Source of the DNA: a virus
Lineage: Duplodnaviria > Caudoviricetes
Virus record (IMG/VR): IMGVR_UViG_3300037465_000028
Coordinates: 1-29,186 of that record
Direction: 5' to 3' (one strand)
DNA length: 29,186 nucleotides
The position numbers and the translations under genes are program-made. How positions within the stretch are numbered: position 1 is the first letter of the stretch; each line of letters opens with the position of its first letter. Positions 24,220-29,186 of this stretch are shown in pieces. Under the pieces are notes generated by a model, which was given only the letters and a program-made list of their open reading frames with translations, made no database searches and was not told the DNA's origin.

Positions 24220-24408
24220 CTATTCAGCCCCTCCGCCGTCCTCTCCGGCTCCTTTCTCACCCCTTTCCCCCCCGGCCTCGCCTGCCTCAATTTTAGCCAC
24301 TTTATCGCCTAATCCAGCGGCTTCCTCATCCGTAAGCTCAATCTCCTCCCCGGCGTTGGCTCGCTTCTCTCCCACCTCCACGTCCTCTAACGCTTTATAT
24401 TTCGCCAT
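24220..24408 (-). CDS. small acidic protein, 62 aa
   Basis: MAKYKALEDV...GEEIELTDEEAAGL; resembles the 48-aa ORF at 25490. Confidence 0.7.
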   Translation of the reverse strand: MAKYKALEDVEVGEKRANAGEEIELTDEEAAGLGDKVAKIEAGEAGGERGEKGAGEDGGGAE

Positions 24409-24447
24409 ACCAGTAAAACTCTTTTGGTTAATGCCGACCTTTCACCC

Positions 24448-25497
24448 TTACTTAAAGGTTTCGTTTAATTTTAATCTCGTTGGCTCATCCACCATCCCGT
24501 TCGCCGCCAATCCGTTCATCTTTTGAAATCTCTCAACGGCCTTAGCGGTTATCCCGTAATAATTCCCGGTCGGCTCCTGCGCCAAAGGAAATAAGTAGCC
24601 ATCCCCGTCTTTCAAATATCCCAAACACCTCTGCAACTGCGCCACATCAAATCCCTTATTCCCAGTTTTTAGTGTTCTTGTAAAAACATATTTAGGCAAT
24701 TCCGTCAATCCAGCGTTCAGCATTTCCAAATTGCTCAAATCCTCAAAATAACTTGCCCACGTCATCCGGCTTACCCACTCCTCGGTCACAATCCTTCTCC
24801 CGTTTATGCCCCTATTCGTCCCCCAGCTATCTTCAATCACCAATGCCTTCTTTCCGTTATGCAAAGTCCTATCCACCGCCACAACGGAATGGTGGTAGCT
24901 TAATTTACTCGCAGGGTTCAACAGCGGCACTTCCCTATCCCATTCGTCGTAATCCCACCTAAAAAACAAATTCACTCCCTTTCCGGTATCCAAAATCTGC
25001 GCTATGGCGTCAAAATTAAACGGCACGGCAAACCACGCTTTCGCCCTAAACACTTTTCCAATCACTTCAAAACTCTTTTTCCTGTCACTGTCATTATTCA
25101 TAGCCACCTCATCCAAATTATCCGAGGGCATTAAACTTTTCAGCGTAATCCCAGCTTTCCTCACAATCTCGTTAGCGTCCTGCCCCCACATCCCCGCACT
25201 CGGCTTATTGCTTCTTCTCGCATAAACATCTCTCGCCGACAATTCCATAAATAGCCCTTCTTCCAAAAAATTCAAAATCCCAGCTTCTTTCGCTTTGCTT
25301 TGCGCCACGCACGAACCACTCCCATCTTGATTGAAAATAGGATACTTCCGCCACTCGTTCTCCGGCTTCTCTCTCCATTCAGGCACCCCAAAAGCTAACA
25401 CCTCCTCGGCTCTAAAATCCTTCGCTTTCGCTTCCGGCGCCCTCGGGTCATCAACCGCTCCCGTCCCTAATGGCCTTTTTCTAAACCAGTTAAACAT
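24448..25497 (-). CDS. papain-like (C1) cysteine peptidase with C-terminal peptidoglycan-binding domain, probable endolysin
   Basis: 349 aa; NQDGSGSC, HHSVVAV, EDSWG; C-terminal LKTGNKGFDVAQLQ...TGNYYGITAKAVERFQ...GMVD. Confidence 0.85.
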   Translation of the reverse strand: MFNWFRKRPLGTGAVDDPRAPEAKAKDFRAEEVLAFGVPEWREKPENEWRKYPIFNQDGSGSCVAQSKAKEAGILNFLEEGLFMELSARDVYARRSNKPSAGMWGQDANEIVRKAGITLKSLMPSDNLDEVAMNNDSDRKKSFEVIGKVFRAKAWFAVPFNFDAIAQILDTGKGVNLFFRWDYDEWDREVPLLNPASKLSYHHSVVAVDRTLHNGKKALVIEDSWGTNRGINGRRIVTEEWVSRMTWASYFEDLSNLEMLNAGLTELPKYVFTRTLKTGNKGFDVAQLQRCLGYLKDGDGYLFPLAQEPTGNYYGITAKAVERFQKMNGLAANGMVDEPTRLKLNETFK

Positions 25498-25636
25498 TTT
25501 GGTCTTTTAATAGTTCTACATTATCCTTAAATTCTTTCGCTTCCCCAACACTCAACTCAACAATCATCCCTATCTTAACCCATTCAGCGGCTCTCGGCCA
25601 GTAAAACGGTTTCAAAACTTTATACTTCTTTTCCAT
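25490..25636 (-). CDS. hypothetical protein, 48 aa (absent from ORF track)
   Basis: MEKKYKVLKPFYWPRAAEWVKIGMIVELSVGEAKEFKDNVELLKDQNV*; overlaps the peptidase start. Confidence 0.7.
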   Translation of the reverse strand: MEKKYKVLKPFYWPRAAEWVKIGMIVELSVGEAKEFKDNVELLKDQNV

Positions 25637-25645
25637 AATAGTATT

Positions 25646-26698
25646 CTACTTCACTTTTATAATCCATAAAACCTCATAATACGGCGGCCTGTTTTCGTGG
25701 GCGGTATCGCTTCCGGTAGTGCTTACGTTATGCGCCCCCCCCTGCCCGCCAGAATAGGCATAAGCGTTTCCGCTTCCCGGCGCCCCAGCGCCACAGTCAT
25801 TCGGCGAACTATGCGTGTGAGCCGCCAATTCCGCAATAGTCAAAACGTGGGTATCTTCGCCGCCCGTTGCGCCGCTTCTTGTGCTGCCCCTCAAAAATCT
25901 TTTCGTTCCCGCACTCGCTCCGTTCAAATTCGGTATAACCACGCCGTTATACGGGCTTCCTGTATCGCTCAACGTCTGTCCATTGCATTCCGCCCAATTC
26001 TCTGGCAATCTTGGCGTTTTCCATACAAAGTAGGTTTTACTGGTAGCGAGGAAAATATCTGCGCTCAAACTCAACTGCGTCTGGCTATCAACAGCAGTCA
26101 CATAGGCAAAAGTCCCATCGGTATTATTCTCCACAATCTCCCCAATCTTTACCCCGTCTGTTTGGAAAGTAGCAGCACTATTTATCAGCTTATTTGCGCT
26201 AGTGCTGGTATTCGTCCCCGTGCTTCTCTGTGCGAAAGTTTTAAGCCACGATACAATCGCCCCGATAGGCATTAAACCCCCACTCCACACCAACCCCCTG
26301 CTATCCCTGCTCACATATCCATTCGTTGCGTCATCGTCATTCTTAATGCTGGTTGCCGTACTTCTCAAAAAAACCTCGCAAATTACAAACCTGCTCGTCG
26401 GGTAATCCGGCACGCTTGGAGAAGCAGCCGATACTCCCTGTATAATTTCCAGAGTCCCGTCTAACTTCAAACTCAATAAATCAATTCTGTTGTTGCTCGC
26501 AGGTGCGGTAAAAGCAGGCGAATTTCCGCCAGCCCACTTCACCACCGTCCCGTCAATATGCGCTATCCCATCTTCCACAAACAACGTCATATCTGGCGTT
26601 GCCTGCTCTCTCGCCCACAAATTCGTAATACCCGTCCTATTCAAGTTGGCGGCGGTCAATTCGGTGGTCTGCGCTTTGTATCTTTTTGGAACGGGCAT
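25646..26698 (-). CDS. tail fibre protein with split collar domain
   Basis: 350 aa; MPIGAIVSW...LPENWAECNGQ...IPNL...FLRG; HVLTIAELAAHTH and HENRPPYY..WIIK. Confidence 0.82.
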   Translation of the reverse strand: MPVPKRYKAQTTELTAANLNRTGITNLWAREQATPDMTLFVEDGIAHIDGTVVKWAGGNSPAFTAPASNNRIDLLSLKLDGTLEIIQGVSAASPSVPDYPTSRFVICEVFLRSTATSIKNDDDATNGYVSRDSRGLVWSGGLMPIGAIVSWLKTFAQRSTGTNTSTSANKLINSAATFQTDGVKIGEIVENNTDGTFAYVTAVDSQTQLSLSADIFLATSKTYFVWKTPRLPENWAECNGQTLSDTGSPYNGVVIPNLNGASAGTKRFLRGSTRSGATGGEDTHVLTIAELAAHTHSSPNDCGAGAPGSGNAYAYSGGQGGAHNVSTTGSDTAHENRPPYYEVLWIIKVK

Positions 26699-26702
26699 AT
26701 TT

Positions 26703-27263
26703 TTAGCTAATGGTTACCTCCCCATCAATCGTCAAACTATTAGAGGCGGTCACAGTCACATTTATCGCAACCCTATTAAACAACACCCCGCTATTGCTCG
26801 TTGCAGTCCCATTTATAAAAGTCCCAAATTCTCTCCACGTCCCCGTCGCTTCGCCTGCCGCCCAAAAAGCGGTAATAGTAATTTTATTGGTGCTAAAACT
26901 CAAACTGCTAATCACCTTTCTTGTGCTTGCGGTAGGCGTAATCAATCCCGTATCTCCGTTGGCAGGGGCTTGCGTGCTTGTCCCTAATTCTTGGTGAGTA
27001 ATCTTAATCTCGGTTACGGTGGATATGTTTGCGCTAATCGCCTTCGCTATCTGCTGTCGTCCCACAGTCGGCACCAAATTATGGGTGCTAAACACGCCCA
27101 CCTCTCTCCCAATCAATGCGCTCAACACCCCGCCCTTAAAACTATCCGGCAACCAAAAAGGTATTTTCCTTGCAATCTCCAGTTCCCGCTCATTCAGGTT
27201 CGCACCCTTCGCATTATAAAAACTCCACCTATTCCCTTTTATTCCCAATGCTTCCTTAAACAT
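26703..27263 (-). CDS. tail structural protein, paralogue of 6376..6963
   Basis: 186 aa; HNLVPTVG, ELGTSTQAPANGDTGL, WREFGTF and INVTVTASNSLTI motifs. Confidence 0.7.
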   Translation of the reverse strand: MFKEALGIKGNRWSFYNAKGANLNERELEIARKIPFWLPDSFKGGVLSALIGREVGVFSTHNLVPTVGRQQIAKAISANISTVTEIKITHQELGTSTQAPANGDTGLITPTASTRKVISSLSFSTNKITITAFWAAGEATGTWREFGTFINGTATSNSGVLFNRVAINVTVTASNSLTIDGEVTIS

Positions 27264-27282
27264 ATTTTTATTATACTAAATT

Positions 27283-28869
27283 TTAAGTGACCTTTATACC
27301 AGCGTCCGTCAATGGCTGCCTATTCCTATCGTTCCCATCCACAGGATAAGCTTCTCCCGCAACCCATATCGGCACCACATCTACCCCAAAAGGATTAACC
27401 CTGTCATTCAGCGCAAGCGTAGCTACCTCGCTAAAAGTAGGCGTAGCGCTCGGGTGAGCCACCACGCTCCATTCCGCCTCGCTCAAAGTAATCAATTCGT
27501 TATACCCCAAAATAACGTCAATAATCTCATTCTGGTCTATCTCTATGTTTTGGTTAATATTATCAATCAAAAGTTTCCCCAAAATATCCACGCTTCCCAC
27601 AATCTCGCTCGCCACAATAGTCACATCATACTCATACTTCATATTTCCCAGTCCGTCATTCGGGCTAAATATGCTTCTCTTAATTTTCTGTATCTTAAAC
27701 TTTTGGTTGCTCACTCCGAAAGTCGGCAGGTTTATCGTAATCTCCTGCCCCACCGCCAACCCGTCCTTATAGGTTCTAAAGCTCCCGTTCGTCGCCTTCT
27801 CCGCATATTTCCTCAATTCCGCACTCGCTTTTTGGCTTGCCTCATCCTTACTCTTAATATTGTTATCCACTATCCTAAATTCAAAAGTTCCATATTTCGC
27901 AATGCTCTGCTCATCGCTCTTATACACAATCACGGGCAATTCGTAATCTCCGTATATCCTCACAAAATTTCCGTTTGCTGGCTTGTTGTTTTCCCTAAAC
28001 ACAATCGCTGGCCGGTTCGGGTCATATAAAATATCAAAACTATTCGGGTCGTCCACTCCAAACTGCCCTTCGGTCAATGATGTCCAGTTGCTTCCTCCAT
28101 CCGTGCTTTTTTCAACCGCAAAATTCACATTCGGCGTAAATTTATGCCCCAAAGGAAAAGCGGCTTGCTGTCCATCCGCCACATACTTTTCCGCATTATC
28201 GGCGCTTAAACTAAATCTCTGTATCCCTCCTCTCACATAAATAGCATTTTTTACCTGCGTCAAATCGCTCTTAACCTCAAAACTCCCCACCACAAAATCA
28301 TCCGGCGCAGTTTCTCCCAAACCAAACGGCGCAGGACTTCCGCTGCTCGGAAAGAATTTAATATCTTTGTCGTAATCCACATACCAATCCCAGCCAAATA
28401 AATCCGCAACTCTTTGTATCGCTTTGCTCACATAGTCATAATTAAATTTAATATCCTTTATATTCCCCGCTCCTGTCTGCACCCCGGTCACAGTAAATCC
28501 GGTCGTATAGGTGCTTATAATATCCGCAATCACCACATCCGCCGCTTGGTTGGTGTAAGTCTTAGTAACCAATTTCCTATCCAAATCCACAATGTAATCC
28601 TTACAACTCACCTCCACCGCCTCAATCTTCCCGCTACTCAACCTGTCTTTAATTTCAATAATCCTTCCCGCAAATATTTTAGTCACACCCGCAGGTTCAG
28701 TAACAATAACCTCGTCGTTAATCCCCGGCTTATAGGTCTGATTGGGGCTGTGATATTTCAAACTAAACAGGCAAATATCCGGTTCTTTTGTCAAGTTGTA
28801 TTCAATATTAAAATCCCTCCAATTCACCAAACTGGTTTTATCCGCTCCGGCTATGGTTATTCTAATCAT
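27283..28869 (-). CDS. minor tail / baseplate hub-like protein
   Basis: 528 aa; IFAGRI, SCKDY, WDWYVDYDKDIKFF, VKNAIYVRGG, SIAKYG; lies downstream of the tape measure. Confidence 0.75.
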   Translation of the reverse strand: MIRITIAGADKTSLVNWRDFNIEYNLTKEPDICLFSLKYHSPNQTYKPGINDEVIVTEPAGVTKIFAGRIIEIKDRLSSGKIEAVEVSCKDYIVDLDRKLVTKTYTNQAADVVIADIISTYTTGFTVTGVQTGAGNIKDIKFNYDYVSKAIQRVADLFGWDWYVDYDKDIKFFPSSGSPAPFGLGETAPDDFVVGSFEVKSDLTQVKNAIYVRGGIQRFSLSADNAEKYVADGQQAAFPLGHKFTPNVNFAVEKSTDGGSNWTSLTEGQFGVDDPNSFDILYDPNRPAIVFRENNKPANGNFVRIYGDYELPVIVYKSDEQSIAKYGTFEFRIVDNNIKSKDEASQKASAELRKYAEKATNGSFRTYKDGLAVGQEITINLPTFGVSNQKFKIQKIKRSIFSPNDGLGNMKYEYDVTIVASEIVGSVDILGKLLIDNINQNIEIDQNEIIDVILGYNELITLSEAEWSVVAHPSATPTFSEVATLALNDRVNPFGVDVVPIWVAGEAYPVDGNDRNRQPLTDAGIKVT

Positions 28870-28871
28870 AG

Positions 28872-29036
28872 TTAAATCTTAAAAAATATTTTTACTATTC
28901 TCCACCACATAAATCCGGGTATCCATTTTGGCTTCGGCCTTACTGTTTTCATAATCGCTTCCCGCTCCGCTATCGCTAATCTCGTCAAATCCTTTCTATA
29001 CATCCTCCTCACTTTTTTCCAGTATTTTTCACTCAT
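28872..29036 (-). CDS. small basic protein, 54 aa (absent from ORF track)
   Basis: MSEKYWKKVRRMYRKDLTRLAIAEREAIMKTVRPKPKWIPGFMWWRIVKIFFKI*. Confidence 0.65.
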   Translation of the reverse strand: MSEKYWKKVRRMYRKDLTRLAIAEREAIMKTVRPKPKWIPGFMWWRIVKIFFKI

Positions 29037-29039
29037 ATC

Positions 29040-29186
29040 TTAAAAGCTCCTGCTCGGAATACGCATTACTTTTCTTAATCTGTCAATAATCTTATCGCCA
29101 ATCTCCACCGCCACCCTCTCGCTCAAAAATACGCTCCCCCTCATATCTATCATCACCCCCCCCACGCCAGCGCCAGCCAGCCCCCT
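29040..29186 (-). CDS. 3' end of probable tape measure protein (truncated by window edge)
   Basis: ...GLAGAGVGGVMIDMRGSVFLSERVAVEIGDKIIDRLRK...*; Gly-rich linker, beta strand and helix typical of TMP C-termini; upstream of the tail hub gene. Confidence 0.55.
   Translation of the reverse strand, partial: RGLAGAGVGGVMIDMRGSVFLSERVAVEIGDKIIDRLRKVMRIPSRSF

Noticed and set aside
244-28875. Numerous long + strand ORFs (e.g. 1001..1966, 3221..4003, 9995..10909)
   Set aside because: They are antisense shadows of recognisable - strand genes, with Ser/Pro/Phe/Ile-rich translations caused by strand compositional bias and no motifs
1-29186. Alternative genetic code (TGA or TAG recoding)
   Set aside because: Genes are full length in code 11, and TGA and TAG end genes at sensible places, including ATGA overlaps

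Overview
About 29 kb of a tailed (Caudoviricetes, HK97-fold) phage genome. Every credible gene lies on the - strand; the + strand ORFs are shadows of a strongly G/A-rich coding strand. In transcription order (right to left): end of a probable tape-measure gene, tail and fibre genes, papain-like peptidase with a peptidoglycan-binding domain, replication initiator, VRR-NUC, small early genes with a secreted amidase, Gp157-like/Rad52-like/PD-(D/E)XK recombination module, methyltransferase plus glycosyltransferase, holin plus Rpf-like transglycosylase, KhpA-like KH protein, ParB-N plus DNA methyltransferase, TerS, TerL, portal-MuF fusion, a fibre-like module with a 33x18-aa repeat protein, prohead protease and major capsid protein. 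Tail genes come upstream of head genes, so the genome is probably circular or permuted and the head-completion and tail-tube genes lie outside the window. I saw no integrase, repressor, tRNA or CRISPR array. A Patescibacteria (CPR) host is plausible but inferred only. The most unusual signals are non-coding: (1) few canonical Shine-Dalgarno sites, with a recurring AAAGGTCG motif about 20-36 nt upstream of start codons and several apparently leaderless genes; (2) two + strand promoter/terminator units flanking the replication initiator, one resembling a plasmid countertranscript RNA; (3) DnaA boxes beside early promoters; (4) apparent complete GATC avoidance. Family assignments are from motif recognition by eye, not database searches.
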